64,000 nt of DNA from Candidatus Binatia bacterium (GCA_035650655.1 DASRHG010000146.1:5923-69922), one strand, 5' to 3'. Numbered from the stretch's first letter, positions 1 through 12,668 are shown. A program made the numbers and translations. The notes: generated by a model not told the origin, from the letters alone.

Positions 1-287
1 TGCGCGCCCGTGAACTCCGCGACGACGCGGCCGTCCCGGAACGCCTTCACGGCCGGGATGCCACGGATCCCGAATCGCGCCGCGACGCCGGACGCCTCGT
101 CGACGTTCACCTTGGCGAGGACGAAGCTGCCCGCGTACTCGATCCCGAGCCGCTCGAGGATCGGGCCGAGCGCCCGGCACGGCGCGCACCAGGGCGCCCA
201 GAAGTCGACGACGACCGGCACCGCGCGCGACCGCTCGAGCACCTGGCGCTCGAAGTCCGCGTCGCCGACGTCGACGACGAATCGCAT
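1..287 (-). CDS. trxA: thioredoxin (C-terminus cut by window edge)
   Basis: Reverse translation from the ATG at 287-285 gives [59 protein letters not shown]. It carries a WCxPC redox motif. The ORF runs off the window, so it is absent from the ORF track. Confidence 0.85.
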   Translation of the reverse strand, partial: MRFVVDVGDADFERQVLERSRAVPVVVDFWAPWCAPCRALGPILERLGIEYAGSFVLAKVNVDEASGVAARFGIRGIPAVKAFRDGRVVAEFTGA

Positions 288-433
288 CTCGCCTTCGGCC
301 TCCGCCATCCGGCGAACGTGCGCGATCGGCGCCCCGTTGGCAATGCCCGGCCGGCGGCCCCGCCGCGCGCACGGCGCAGGGGGCGACGGCGACGGATGGG
401 CGCCGGGAGGGGTCGCGCGCTAGTTAATAAATG

Positions 434-450
434 AAGCACGGAGCGTGCCA
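434..450 (-). promoter_or_regulatory. sigma-54 (-24/-12) type promoter candidate upstream of thioredoxin
   Basis: The minus strand reads TGGCACGCTCCGTGCTT, against the consensus TGGCACG-N4-TTGCW. The GG-N10-GC spacing is correct. It is intergenic, correctly oriented, and followed by an AT-rich patch (TTCATTTATTAACTAG). Confidence 0.45.
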
Positions 451-498
451 GCCGGCCGTCGGGCCGCACGCCGCGCGCGCGGTCGCCCGCGCGTCGTG

Positions 499-801
499 TC
501 AGGGACGCGGCGCGGCGACGCGGACGCCCGGACACGGGACGAGCTCCCAGCCGTCGATCAGCGTGTGCACCTCGGCCGCGTCGCCGGGGGGACGCCGCCG
601 GCGCCAGTACGCGCCCGTCGGCGCGCGCGCGCCGCGCACCGTGCGGCGCGCGTCGCGATCGCGGGCGAGCGCGCGCACGACGTCCTTCGGGACGCGGTCG
701 TGGTAGAGATGCGCGAGGAACGGCCAGCAGGGATGATCGCGCGCGCGGAGCGCGCAGCCGCCGAGGAGGAGCACGATCGCCGTCGCCGCCGCGGCGCGCA
801 T
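499..801 (-). CDS. small hypothetical lipoprotein
   Basis: An internal ATG of track ORF 499..981(-) gives MRAAAATAIVLLLGGCALRA.., with a lipobox L-L-G-G-C. Codon position 3 is strongly G/C. No family was recognised. Confidence 0.5.
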   Translation of the reverse strand: MRAAAATAIVLLLGGCALRARDHPCWPFLAHLYHDRVPKDVVRALARDRDARRTVRGARAPTGAYWRRRRPPGDAAEVHTLIDGWELVPCPGVRVAAPRP

Positions 802-819
802 CGGCCGCGACCCGATCAA

Positions 820-849
820 TTGACAGCCCCGAGCTCGCTCTCTTATAAG
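820..849 (+). promoter_or_regulatory. sigma-70 type promoter candidate (TTGACA-17 nt-TTATAA/TATAAG)
   Basis: A perfect -35 TTGACA sits at 820-825, followed by a 17-nt spacer and TTATAA at 843-848. Hexamers this AT-rich are rare in this GC-rich DNA, and this one is intergenic. Confidence 0.5.
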
Positions 850-861
850 GGAGTCCCGTAG

Positions 862-3362
<2,501 letters not shown>

Positions 3363-3363
<1 letters not shown>

Positions 3364-4196
3364 TGCGCGCGCGCGTTCGCGTCGGGTCCGTCGAGATCGG
3401 CGGCGGCGCGCCACTCGCAGTGATCGCCGGGCCGTGCGTCATCGAGTCGCGCGCCTCGGCGCTCGCGCACGCGCGGCGCCTCGCCGCGATCGCCGCGGAG
3501 ACGGGCGTCCCCCTCGTCTACAAGTCGTCCTTCGACAAGGCGAACCGGACGGCGCTCGAGTCGTTCCGCGGGGTCGGGCTGGAGGAGGGGCTCGCCGTCC
3601 TCGCCGAGGTCCGGGGGACGACGGCGCTTCCCGTCCTCACCGACGTGCACGAGACGGCGCAGATCGCGCCCGCCGCGGCCGTGGTCGACGTGCTCCAGAC
3701 GCCGGCGTTCCTCTGCCGGCAGACGGACTTCATCGTGGCCGTCGCCGCGGCGGGAAGGCCCGTGAACCTCAAGAAGGGACAGTTCCTGTCGCCGGCGGAG
3801 ATGGCGCGCGTCGTCGAGAAGGCGCGCTCGACGGGGAACCGCGACCTCCTCGTGACGGAGCGCGGCTTCGCGTTCGGCTACAACAACCTCGTGGCGGACA
3901 TGCGCGCGCTCCCGGAGCTGGCGGAGACGGGATGTCCCGTCGTCTTCGATGCCACGCACAGCGTGCAGCGCCCGGGTGGGCTCGGGCGCGCGTCCGGCGG
4001 CGACCGCCGCTTCGTCGCGGCGCTCGCGCGGGCGGCCGTGGCCGCCGGCGCGGACGCGATCTTCATGGAGGTGCACGAGGATCCCGACCGCGCGCTCTCC
4101 GACGGCGCGACGAGCCTCCCGCTCGCCGAGCTGCCGGCGCTCCTCGCCGACCTCATGGCGATCGACCGTGCGCTCGGCGCGCGGAGGCGCGCGTGA
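3363..4196 (+). CDS. kdsA: 2-dehydro-3-deoxyphosphooctonate aldolase (KDO-8-P synthase)
   Basis: PLAVIAGPCVIES.., YKSSFDKANRT, VFDATHSVQRPGG. The GTG at 3363 shares one nt with the pyrG TAG. Confidence 0.92.
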
Positions 4197-5173
4197 GCAG
4201 CGACCGCCTCGCGGCCCGGCTCGCCTCGGCCCGGCGGGTCCTCGGGGTCGAGCGCGCGGCGCTCGACGCGCTCGCCGAGCGGCTCGACGCCCGCTTCGCC
4301 CGCGCGATCGGGATCCTCCTCGGGTGCCGCGGCCGGGTGGTGGTGTCGGGCGTCGGGAAGTCGGGCCTCGTCTGCCGGAAGATCGCCGCGACGCTCGCCT
4401 CGACCGGCACGCCGGCGCTCTTCCTGCACGCGGGCGAGGGCAGCCACGGCGACCTCGGCACGCTCGTCCGCGGCGACGTCCTCCTCGCCGTCTCGAACAG
4501 CGGCGAGACGGAAGAGCTGCTTCGCATCCTCCCCGTCGCGCGCCGCCTCGGGATGCCGCTCATCGCGGTCACCGGCAACCCGGCGTCGACGCTCGCGCGC
4601 ACCGCCGACGTCGTGCTCGACGTGAGCGTCCCGGAGGAGGCGTGCCCGCTCGGACTCGCGCCGACGTCGAGCACGACGGCCACGATGGCGCTCGGCGACG
4701 CGCTCGCCATCGCACTCCTCGAGGAGCGCGGCTTCTCGGTCGAGGACTTCGCCCTGCTCCATCCCGCGGGCGCCCTCGGGCGGCGGCTCCTGCGCGTCGA
4801 GGAGCTGATGCACCGCGGGGACGGGGTGCCCATCGTCGGCGAGCATGCGTCGCTCGAGGACACGCTCGTCGAGATCACGTCGAAGCGCCTCGGCATGACG
4901 GCCGTCGTCGACGGCACGGGCGCGCTCGTCGGCGTCATCACCGACGGCGACCTTCGCCGCGGACTCGAGCGTGCGGCGGACATCCGCACGCTCACCGCGC
5001 GCGACCTGATGTCGTCGGCGCCGAAGACGATTGCAGGCACGGCGCTCGCCGCGGAGGCGGTCGCCGTGATGGAGCGCCACGCGATCACGTCGCTCGTGAT
5101 CTGCGCCGACGCCGGCCGCCGGCCGGTCGGCGTGATCCACCTGCACGACCTCCTGCGCGCCGGCGTCGTCTGA
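4193..5173 (+). CDS. kdsD: arabinose-5-phosphate isomerase (KdsD/KpsF; SIS plus tandem CBS)
   Basis: SIS motif VVVSGVGKSGLVCRKIAATLASTGTP, then CBS pairs (VGVITDGDLRR .. VGVIHLHDLLRAG). The GTG at 4193 overlaps the kdsA stop. Confidence 0.9.
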   Translation: MSSDRLAARLASARRVLGVERAALDALAERLDARFARAIGILLGCRGRVVVSGVGKSGLVCRKIAATLASTGTPALFLHAGEGSHGDLGTLVRGDVLLAVSNSGETEELLRILPVARRLGMPLIAVTGNPASTLARTADVVLDVSVPEEACPLGLAPTSSTTATMALGDALAIALLEERGFSVEDFALLHPAGALGRRLLRVEELMHRGDGVPIVGEHASLEDTLVEITSKRLGMTAVVDGTGALVGVITDGDLRRGLERAADIRTLTARDLMSSAPKTIAGTALAAEAVAVMERHAITSLVICADAGRRPVGVIHLHDLLRAGVV

Positions 5174-5180
5174 GCGGACC

Positions 5181-6146
5181 GTGGCTCCCTCGCCGCGACG
5201 TCGCACGCTGTGGCGCCGTTTCCGTCGCGCGACGCGCGGCCCGCGCAACGCCGCCCTCGCCGCCGGGATCTGGCACGCGGCGCGGCTCCTCGGGCGCCTG
5301 CCGGTGCCGGCGGCGCTCGCGGTGGGGCGCGGGCTCGGCACGGGGGCCCACGCCGTGCTCGGCGAGGCGCGCCGCCTGGCGCTCGTCCAGCTCGGCGTCG
5401 CGTTCCCGACGCTTCCGCTCGACGCGCGCGCCCGGCTCGTCCGCGCGACCTTCGTGCACGCGGGCGAGTCGTTCGCGGAGCTGGCGCTCTGGCCGAAGCT
5501 CGTGCGGCGGCCGGACTACGTCCGCGTCGAGCAGCTCGCCGTCCTCGACGACGCGCTCCACGCCGGCCGGGGCGCGATCGCGGTGACCGGGCACACGGGG
5601 AACTGGGAGCTCCTCGCCGCGACGGTGGCGGCGCGCGGCTATCCGGTGACGGTGGTCGCCCGCCGCGTGAACGACCGGCGCTTCGACGCGCTCGTCAACC
5701 GCTTCCGCCGAAGCGTCGGGCTCGAGGTCCTCGTCCGCGACGCCCCGCAGTTCCTCGCCGGCGTCCGCGACGCGCTCGCCCGGAACCGCATCGTCGCGAT
5801 GCTCATCGACCAGGACACGCGCGGCGCGGGCGTCTTCGTCCCCTTCTTCGGGCGGCTCGCGCACACGCCCCCGGGCGCTGCGTTGCTCGCGCTGCGCGCG
5901 CGGGTCCCGCTCGTGACCGTGTTCATCGAGCGGCGTCCGGGCGGCGGCCACCTCGTCCGCTTCGCGCCGGTCGCCGTTCCCGCCGAGCGCGGTCGCGCCG
6001 CCGTCGTCGGGCTCACGGCCGCGCTCACGACGGCGATCGAGGCGCAGATCCGCCGCGCGCCGGCGGAGTGGGTGTGGTGGCACGAGCGCTGGCGCCGGAC
6101 GCCGCCCGCGCCCGCGCCGCCGACGCACGGCGCCGCGGTGTCCTGA
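5181..6146 (+). CDS. lipid A biosynthesis (Kdo2-lipid IVA) late acyltransferase family protein
   Basis: LpxL/HtrB-type layout with the acyltransferase motif VTGHTGNWELL and IDQDTR. GTG start. Confidence 0.75.
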   Translation: MAPSPRRRTLWRRFRRATRGPRNAALAAGIWHAARLLGRLPVPAALAVGRGLGTGAHAVLGEARRLALVQLGVAFPTLPLDARARLVRATFVHAGESFAELALWPKLVRRPDYVRVEQLAVLDDALHAGRGAIAVTGHTGNWELLAATVAARGYPVTVVARRVNDRRFDALVNRFRRSVGLEVLVRDAPQFLAGVRDALARNRIVAMLIDQDTRGAGVFVPFFGRLAHTPPGAALLALRARVPLVTVFIERRPGGGHLVRFAPVAVPAERGRAAVVGLTAALTTAIEAQIRRAPAEWVWWHERWRRTPPAPAPPTHGAAVS

Positions 6147-6221
6147 GCCGCGGCGCCGCCTTTACACCCCCAGGGTCGCGTGGTAGGCGTGCGATCCAGA
6201 CGGGGACCGTCAGCGATTCCC

Positions 6222-6818
6222 ATGCGAAGGACACGGCTGCGCGCGGCGCTGCTCGTCGTGGTGGCGGTCACCTTGGTGGGCATCGGGTTCCTGGTCCGTC
6301 GGAACGTGTCCGCGCGGCGTGCGCACACGGTCCTCGACCTCGGCGCCGACTTCCTTCCCGAGGTCGCGCAGCACATCCAGCAGTTCCACCGCGTGAAGAT
6401 GGAGAACGGCCGAACGACCTGGGAGATCACCGCGCGGGACGCGCAGTACTACCAGGAGTCGAAGGAGATCGTGGTCCGCGAGCCGCACATGACGTTCTTC
6501 CTCCAGCGCGACGGCCGCCAGGTGCACGTGAGCGGCGCGGAGGGGCGGCTCCTCCTCGAGGGCGAGAGCCGCAGCGAGCTCCGCACGCTCACGCTCCGCG
6601 GCAGCGTCGTCGTGCAGCTCGACGACCTCCAACTGAAGACGGAAGAGGCCACCTACGACCGGGCGACGGACCTGATCACCGCGCCGCAGCTCGTGACGAT
6701 CCACGGGCGAACGATCGACGTCCGGGGCCAGGGCATGGAGCTCCGCGTCGGGCCCCAGCAGGTCCGCCTCCTCGAGGCCGTTCACACGGTGCTCCGCTCC
6801 GATGCGGCCACGTCCTGA
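6222..6818 (+). CDS. lptC: LPS export system protein LptC
   Basis: N-terminal membrane anchor MRRTRLRAALLVVVAVTLVGIGFLV, followed by an OstA-like beta-jellyroll repeat. Its position directly upstream of lptA-lptB supports the call. ATG 6222 was chosen inside track ORF 6180..6818. Confidence 0.75.
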   Translation: MRRTRLRAALLVVVAVTLVGIGFLVRRNVSARRAHTVLDLGADFLPEVAQHIQQFHRVKMENGRTTWEITARDAQYYQESKEIVVREPHMTFFLQRDGRQVHVSGAEGRLLLEGESRSELRTLTLRGSVVVQLDDLQLKTEEATYDRATDLITAPQLVTIHGRTIDVRGQGMELRVGPQQVRLLEAVHTVLRSDAATS

Positions 6819-7545
6819 GATCGTGCTCCTCGCCACCCTGCTGGCCGCCGGCGCGGCGGGTGCGGAGTCGTCGCGGGACGGCCTCCCGACGGGCGGCCTC
6901 CTCGACGCGGGGAAGTTCGGCAGCCGGAAGGAGCCGATCACCGTCACCTCGGACACGCTCGACTACGACTACAAGAACAACGTCGTCGTCTACCGCGGCG
7001 ACGTGCTCGCGGTGCAGGGCGACGTGAAGGTGAAGAGCGACCGGCTCACGATCACGCTCGAGACGAGCGGGAAGGCGAAGGACGACAAGGACCCGGCGGC
7101 GCCGGCTCCGACGTCGGCGAACCCGAGCCCGATCCCCGACCCCTCGGAGAAGGGCGCGCAGAGGCTGAAGGAGGTGATTGCCGAAGGTCACGTACGGATC
7201 GACAGCGGCACGCGATGGGCGACCGGCGGCAAGGCGGTCTTCGATCAGAAGCACCGGACGCTCGTGCTGACGGACCAGCCGAAGCTGCACGAGGGCTCGA
7301 ACGAGGTGGGCGGCGACCGCGTGATCGTCTACCTCGACGAGGACCGCAGCGTCGTCGAGGGCGGGCGCCAGCGGGTGAAGGCGGTCCTCTACCCCGGGAC
7401 GGAGAACGGGCTCGCCCCCGCCGAGGGCAAGCGCAGGAAGCCGGGCGACGCGCCGAAGGCGGCCGGCGGCGAGCCGTCGGGCGGCGAGGCGCCGGTCGCC
7501 GAGGGCGACACGCGCCGGCCCACGTCGGGAGCGACGGGGCCGTGA
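6802..7545 (+). CDS. lptA: LPS transport periplasmic protein LptA (OstA-like), with Pro-rich insert and tail
   Basis: Signal peptide, then [35 protein letters not shown]...A.GGKAVFD...LVLTD, the OstA_N pattern. It lies between lptC and lptB. Confidence 0.8.
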   Translation: MRPRPEIVLLATLLAAGAAGAESSRDGLPTGGLLDAGKFGSRKEPITVTSDTLDYDYKNNVVVYRGDVLAVQGDVKVKSDRLTITLETSGKAKDDKDPAAPAPTSANPSPIPDPSEKGAQRLKEVIAEGHVRIDSGTRWATGGKAVFDQKHRTLVLTDQPKLHEGSNEVGGDRVIVYLDEDRSVVEGGRQRVKAVLYPGTENGLAPAEGKRRKPGDAPKAAGGEPSGGEAPVAEGDTRRPTSGATGP

Positions 7546-8279
7546 ACGGGACCGGAGCGGCCGTCCTTCGCGCGGAACGGCTCGTGAAGACGTACGTCGG
7601 ACGGCGCGTCGTCAACGAGGTGTCGGTCGAGGTGCGCGCGGGCGAGATCGTCGGGCTCCTCGGACCGAACGGCGCGGGGAAGACGACGACGTTCTACATG
7701 ATCGTCGGCCTCGCGCGGCCGGACGCCGGCGTCGTGTCGCTCAACGGCGAGGACATCACGCAGCTGCCGATGTACGAGCGCGCGCGCCGCGGCATCAGCT
7801 ATCTGCCGCAGGAGCCCTCGATCTTCCGCAAGCTCACCGTCGAGCAGAACATCCTCGCGATCCTCGAGACGCTCGGCCTCGACGGCGAGGAGCGCGCGGA
7901 ACGGCTCCGGGGGCTGCTCGACGAGCTCGGCATGGCGCGCCTCGCGAAGAGCAAGGCGTACTCGCTCTCCGGGGGCGAGCGCCGGCGGCTCGAGATCACG
8001 CGCGCGCTCGTCATCTCCCCGTCGTTCATGCTGCTCGACGAGCCGTTCGCCGGCATCGATCCCATCGCTGTGGTTGACATTCAGGGCATTGTGACTCAGT
8101 TAAAAGAGCGGGGCATCGGGGTGTTGATCACCGACCACAACGTGCGCGAAACGCTCGGCATCTGCGACCGGGCGTACATCCTGAACGACGGCGCCGTCCT
8201 CGAAGAGGGCGTGCCCGCCGAGATCGCCGCGAGCAAACGCGCACGCGAGATCTATCTGGGCGAGAAGTTCCGGCTGTAG
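7542..8279 (+). CDS. lptB: LPS export ABC transporter ATP-binding protein LptB
   Basis: Walker [10 protein letters not shown], signature [11 protein letters not shown], Walker [13 protein letters not shown]. The GTG at 7542 overlaps the lptA stop. Confidence 0.93.
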   Translation: MNGTGAAVLRAERLVKTYVGRRVVNEVSVEVRAGEIVGLLGPNGAGKTTTFYMIVGLARPDAGVVSLNGEDITQLPMYERARRGISYLPQEPSIFRKLTVEQNILAILETLGLDGEERAERLRGLLDELGMARLAKSKAYSLSGGERRRLEITRALVISPSFMLLDEPFAGIDPIAVVDIQGIVTQLKERGIGVLITDHNVRETLGICDRAYILNDGAVLEEGVPAEIAASKRAREIYLGEKFRL

Positions 8280-8294
8280 GATCGCGGCCACCTG

Positions 8295-9776
8295 ATGGCA
8301 GCCGACGCGCGCATCGTCCTCCAGCAGCGGCTCACGCAGCAGCTCGTGATGACGCCGCAGCTGCGGCAGGCGATCAAGATCCTCCAGGTCTCGCGCGCGG
8401 AGCTCGAATCGCTCATCGACCAAGAGCTCACCGAGAACCCGGTCCTCGAGGAGAACCTCGAGGACAAGCCGGAGCAGCCGGCCGACGTCGTGCCGACCGT
8501 CGACGGGCAGAACGGGCTCGAGGACTACCAGGCGGAGCCCGAGACGAAGCCCGAGGTGGAGCAGGCGTCGAGCGTCAGCGAGATCGACTGGAAGGAGTAC
8601 GCCGAGAACTACTCGAACGACATCCACGGCTCGATCGGCCACGGCTCCGCCGCGGACGACGAGGACCGGCGCGCCGCGCTCGAGAACGTCCTCGTCAAGC
8701 GCACGCTCCTGCCCGACCACTTGATGTGGCAGCTCCGCCTGTCGTCGATGACGGAGCGCGAGAAGGAAGTCGGCGCGATCATCATCGGGAGCCTCGACAA
8801 GGACGGCTACCTCCCGCTCCAGCTCGAAGAGGTCGCGTTCCTCGCCGACACCTGGCCCGACACGGAGATCGTCGAGCGCGTGCTCCGCCGCCTCCAGGAG
8901 TTCGACCCGCCCGGCGTCGCGGCGCGCAACCTCTCCGAGTGCCTCCTGATCCAGCTCCGGCAGCTCGGCGTCGAGGACGACTCGCTCGCCTCGCGCATCG
9001 TCCGCGACTTCCTCCCGATGCTCGAGAGCCGGCGCTTCGACCGGCTCGCGCGCGAGCTCGGCGTGACCATCGAGCAGGTCGCGGAGGCCTCGAAGCTCAT
9101 CTCCGTCCTCGAGCCGAAGCCCGGGCGCGACTTCAGCGACGCCGACACCCGGTACGTGACGCCCGACGTCTACGTCCACAAGGTGGGCGACGAGTACATC
9201 GTCACGCTGAACGACGAGGGCCTACCCCGTCTCCGCGTCTCCTCCTTCTATCGCCGGATGCTGGGCGCGAACGGGTCCCCCGAGGCGCGCGGCTACATCC
9301 AGGAGAAGATGCGCGCGGCCGCGTGGCTGATCAAATCGATCCAACAGCGCCAGCGGACGCTCTACATGGTCACCTCGAGCATCGTGAAGTTCCAGCGGGA
9401 GTTCCTCGAGAAGGGCGTCTCGCACCTCCGCCCGCTCGTGCTGAAGGACGTGGCGAACGACATCGGCATGCACGAGTCGACCGTGAGCCGTGCGACGGCG
9501 GGCAAGTACGTCCACACCCCGCAGGGCACGTTCGAGCTCAAGTACTTCTTCACCTCGAGCCTCCGCGGCGGACACGGCGAGGACGTCTCGGCCGAGAGCG
9601 TGAAGGAGAAGATCCGCGAGATCATCGCCAAGGAGGACGCGCGCAAGCCGCTCTCCGACCAGTACATTGCGGAGCTGCTCGGGCGGGAGGGGATCGACAT
9701 CGCGCGCCGGACCGTCGCCAAGTATCGCGAGCTGATGGGCATCCTGCCGTCGTCGAAGCGGAAGCAGGTCTACTAG
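8295..9776 (+). CDS. rpoN: RNA polymerase sigma-54 factor
   Basis: N-terminal LQQRLTQQLVMTPQLRQAIKILQ, and a C-terminal RpoN box ARRTVAKYRELMGILPSSKRK. Confidence 0.96.
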   Translation: MAADARIVLQQRLTQQLVMTPQLRQAIKILQVSRAELESLIDQELTENPVLEENLEDKPEQPADVVPTVDGQNGLEDYQAEPETKPEVEQASSVSEIDWKEYAENYSNDIHGSIGHGSAADDEDRRAALENVLVKRTLLPDHLMWQLRLSSMTEREKEVGAIIIGSLDKDGYLPLQLEEVAFLADTWPDTEIVERVLRRLQEFDPPGVAARNLSECLLIQLRQLGVEDDSLASRIVRDFLPMLESRRFDRLARELGVTIEQVAEASKLISVLEPKPGRDFSDADTRYVTPDVYVHKVGDEYIVTLNDEGLPRLRVSSFYRRMLGANGSPEARGYIQEKMRAAAWLIKSIQQRQRTLYMVTSSIVKFQREFLEKGVSHLRPLVLKDVANDIGMHESTVSRATAGKYVHTPQGTFELKYFFTSSLRGGHGEDVSAESVKEKIREIIAKEDARKPLSDQYIAELLGREGIDIARRTVAKYRELMGILPSSKRKQVY

Positions 9777-9837
9777 CGTTCGAGGTTGATGCCGCCCGCG
9801 CCTTCCGGCACGATCGCCCGCAGGCAGGAGGCCTCGC

Positions 9838-10386
9838 ATGCAGATCACGGTGACGTTCCGCCACGTCGAGCCGACGGCGGCGCTTCGCACCTACGCGGAA
9901 GAGAAGCTCGAGCGCGTGAAGAAGTACCTTCGCCGGCCGATCGACGCCCACGTGATCCTCTCCGTCGCGAAGGAGCGGCACGTCGCGGAGATCACCCTCA
10001 AGGCGGACCACCAGACGCTCTTCGCCCAGGAGGAGACGCACGACCTCTACGCGGCGATCGACCTGGCGCTCGACAAGCTGGAGCACCAGGCGCAGAAGCT
10101 GAACGCGAAGCGGAAGAACCACAAGGGCGCGGGACGCGCGGCGGGCGAGACGGAGGTCACGTCGAGCGTCCTCGCCGCGGACCGGCGGGACTCGAGCGGC
10201 GCACCGGAGGTGATCCGCACGCAGCGCGTGCCGGCGAAGCCGATGTCGGTGGAGGAGGCGGTCGAGCAGCTCGCGAGCTCGCGCGACGAGTTCCTCGTCT
10301 TCACCAACGCCTCCAGCCAGACGCTCGCGGTCCTCTACCGCCGCAACGACGGCAACTACGGCCTCATCGAGCCGGCGACGCGGTGA
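9838..10386 (+). CDS. hpf: ribosome hibernation promoting factor (long HPF/RaiA type)
   Basis: MQITVTFRHVEPTAALRTYAEEKLERVKKY.., with a C-terminal dimerisation domain (VFTNASSQTLAVLYRRNDGNYGLIEP). Canonical position after rpoN. Confidence 0.9.
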   Translation: MQITVTFRHVEPTAALRTYAEEKLERVKKYLRRPIDAHVILSVAKERHVAEITLKADHQTLFAQEETHDLYAAIDLALDKLEHQAQKLNAKRKNHKGAGRAAGETEVTSSVLAADRRDSSGAPEVIRTQRVPAKPMSVEEAVEQLASSRDEFLVFTNASSQTLAVLYRRNDGNYGLIEPATR

Positions 10387-10396
10387 CGGCGCGCCG

Positions 10397-10858
10397 ATGA
10401 AGATCACCGACATCCTGACGGAAGACTCCGTCGTCGCGGGCCTGGCAGGCCGCTCGAAGGGCGACGTGATCGCCGAGCTCGCGGACGTCGTCGCCGCGCG
10501 CCACCCCGAGATCGACCGCGACCGCCTCGTGCAGGCGCTGGAGGACCGGGAGCGGCTCAACAGCACGGCCCTCGGCGAGGGCGTCGCGATCCCGCACGGG
10601 AAGCTCGCGGGCGTGAAGCGCGTCCTCGCCGCCTTCGGGCGGAGCTCGCAGGGCGTCGACTTCAGCTCGCTCGACGGGAAGCCGACGCACCTCTTCTTCC
10701 TGCTCGTCGCCCCCGAGGACTCCGCGGGCGCCCACCTGAAGGCGCTCGCGCGCATCTCGCGTCTGCTGAAGGACCAGGGCTTCCGCGCGAAGCTCCTGCG
10801 CGCGTCGGACGCGAGGGAGCTCTACCGGACCATCCGCGAGGAGGACGAGAAGTATTGA
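10397..10858 (+). CDS. ptsN: PTS-Ntr enzyme IIA (PtsN)
   Basis: EIIA(Fru/Ntr) fold with the phospho-His motif GEGVAIPHGK. It sits in the rpoN operon context. Confidence 0.88.
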   Translation: MKITDILTEDSVVAGLAGRSKGDVIAELADVVAARHPEIDRDRLVQALEDRERLNSTALGEGVAIPHGKLAGVKRVLAAFGRSSQGVDFSSLDGKPTHLFFLLVAPEDSAGAHLKALARISRLLKDQGFRAKLLRASDARELYRTIREEDEKY

Positions 10859-11808
10859 CGGTCACCGTCCGCGAGCTGCTCGACGTCTCGGGTGAGCGGC
10901 TGAAGCTGCGGCTCGTCGCCGGCGCTCGCGGTCTCGACCGGCCGATCGCGCAGCCCCGCGTGCAGCTCCCGGGGCTCGCGCTCGCGGGCTTCCTGCCGCA
11001 GCTCCATCCCGACCGCGTCCAGGTGCTCGGCAACAGCGAGGTCTCGTACCTGGCCACGCTCGAGGAGGCCGCCGCACGCGCGGCGACCCGGGCCGTCGCC
11101 GAGGCGGGCGTCTCGTGCTTCGTGGTGACGAACGGCAACGAGCCGCCGCCGGTGCTCGTCGAGTCGGCGGAGGCGGCGGGCGTGCCGGTCCTGCGCTCGG
11201 CGCTCCGCACCGCGGACTTCATCGACGTCGCGACCGCCTGGCTCGAGACGCGCCTCGCACCCGAGACGCTCCTCCACGGGGACCTCGTCGAGATCCACGG
11301 CGTCGGCGTCCTCATCCTCGGGAAGAGCGGCATCGGGAAGAGCGAAGCGGCGCTCGAGCTCGTGTCGCGCGGGCACCGGCTCGTCGCCGACGACGTCGTC
11401 CAGGTCCGGCGCCTCTCGCCGTCAGTCGTCCGCGGCCACGCGGCCCGACTCCTCGAGCACCAAATGGAGATCCGCGGCGTCGGCGTCATCGACATCGAGG
11501 CGCTCTTCGGCACGCTCGCGACGCTCGACGAGCGGCAGATCGACCTCGTCGTCGAGCTCGTCGAGTGGCCGGGGGCGCCCGACCGGCTCGGCCTCGTCGA
11601 GGAGCGCCACGAGCTGCTCGAGGTGGAGCTGCCCCTCGTGCGCCTCCCGGTGCGGCCGGGGCGGACGATCGCGATGCTGGTCGAGACGGCCGCGCGGAAC
11701 TACCTGCTCCGCCGTCGCGGGCGGAACACGGCGACCGAGCTCGCGGCGCGCGTCGACCGGGAGCTCGAGGAGCGCCGCGGGCGGCGCCGCGCGCGGGAAG
11801 GCGTGTGA
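10855..11808 (+). CDS. hprK: HPr kinase/phosphorylase
   Basis: HGDLVEIHGVGVLILGKSGIGKSEAALELVSRGHRLVADD, the P-loop and signature of HprK. The TTG start overlaps the ptsN stop. Confidence 0.9.
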   Translation: MTVTVRELLDVSGERLKLRLVAGARGLDRPIAQPRVQLPGLALAGFLPQLHPDRVQVLGNSEVSYLATLEEAAARAATRAVAEAGVSCFVVTNGNEPPPVLVESAEAAGVPVLRSALRTADFIDVATAWLETRLAPETLLHGDLVEIHGVGVLILGKSGIGKSEAALELVSRGHRLVADDVVQVRRLSPSVVRGHAARLLEHQMEIRGVGVIDIEALFGTLATLDERQIDLVVELVEWPGAPDRLGLVEERHELLEVELPLVRLPVRPGRTIAMLVETAARNYLLRRRGRNTATELAARVDRELEERRGRRRAREGV

Positions 11809-12668
11809 AGCAGGCGCTCCGGCTCGTCGTCGTCACCGGGCTCTCTGGCTCGGGGAAGTCGACCGCGATCCACGTGCTCGAAGACCTGGGCTTCTACTGC
11901 ATCGACAACATGCCGGTCGCGCTGATCCCGCGCTTCGTGGAGCTCTGGAAGAGCTCGCAGGAGGAGGTGACGCGCGTCGTGCTCGGCATCGACGTCCGCG
12001 AGCGCCACTTCCTCGCCGAGTTCCCCCGCGTCTGCGAGGAGCTCCGCCGCGAGGGCGTGCACCTCGAGGTGCTCTACCTCGAGGCGAGCGACGAGGTGCT
12101 CGTCCGCCGCTTCAGCGAGACGCGCCGGCCGCACCCCTCCGCGGACGGAGGCGCGGTCGCCGACGGGATCCGCCGCGAGCGCGAGAAGCTCCGGCCGCTC
12201 CGCGAGCTGGCCGACCGCGTGATCGACACGAGCGCGCTCACCGTCCACGAGCTCCGCGCGGCCCTCCGCGAGACGAGCGAGCGCGCCGAGTCCGGCACGA
12301 TGACGATCACGATCCTCTCCTTCGGGTACAAGTACGGGCTCCCGACGGACGCGGACCTGGTGCTCGACTGTCGCTTCCTCCCGAACCCGTTCTTCGTCGA
12401 GGAGCTGCGGCCGAAGACCGGCAGCGACCCGGCGGTGGCCGACTACGTGCTCCGGCGCGACGAGACACAGCGGTTCCTCGCGAAGGTGGCCGACCTGCTC
12501 GCCTTCGCGATCCCGCGCTACCAGCACGAGGGCAAGAGCTACCTGACGATCGCCCTCGGCTGCACCGGCGGCCGCCACCGCTCGATCGTCCTCGCGGAGG
12601 AGCTGCGCCGCCGCCTCGAAGCGCGCGGCCACCGCATCCTCGTCCGCCACCGCGACGTCGACCGATGA
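11805..12668 (+). CDS. rapZ: RNase adapter protein RapZ (YhbJ)
   Basis: LRLVVVTGLSGSGKSTAIHVLEDLGFYCIDNMP .. GCTGGRHRSIVLAEEL. The GTG at 11805 overlaps the hprK stop. Confidence 0.9.
   Translation: MKQALRLVVVTGLSGSGKSTAIHVLEDLGFYCIDNMPVALIPRFVELWKSSQEEVTRVVLGIDVRERHFLAEFPRVCEELRREGVHLEVLYLEASDEVLVRRFSETRRPHPSADGGAVADGIRREREKLRPLRELADRVIDTSALTVHELRAALRETSERAESGTMTITILSFGYKYGLPTDADLVLDCRFLPNPFFVEELRPKTGSDPAVADYVLRRDETQRFLAKVADLLAFAIPRYQHEGKSYLTIALGCTGGRHRSIVLAEELRRRLEARGHRILVRHRDVDR

Noticed and set aside
851-861. Shared GAGTCCC(G/C)TA motif in the kdsB leader (851-861) and the recA leader (28823-28833), as a possible common operator.
   Set aside because: A 7-mer of this composition is expected several times per strand in 64 kb. 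A third copy lies inside the M23 coding region (about 23269).
9797-9815. CGGCACGATCGCCCGCA between rpoN and hpf, as a possible sigma-54 promoter.
   Set aside because: The GG-to-GC spacing is off by one nucleotide and the -12 lacks TTGC.
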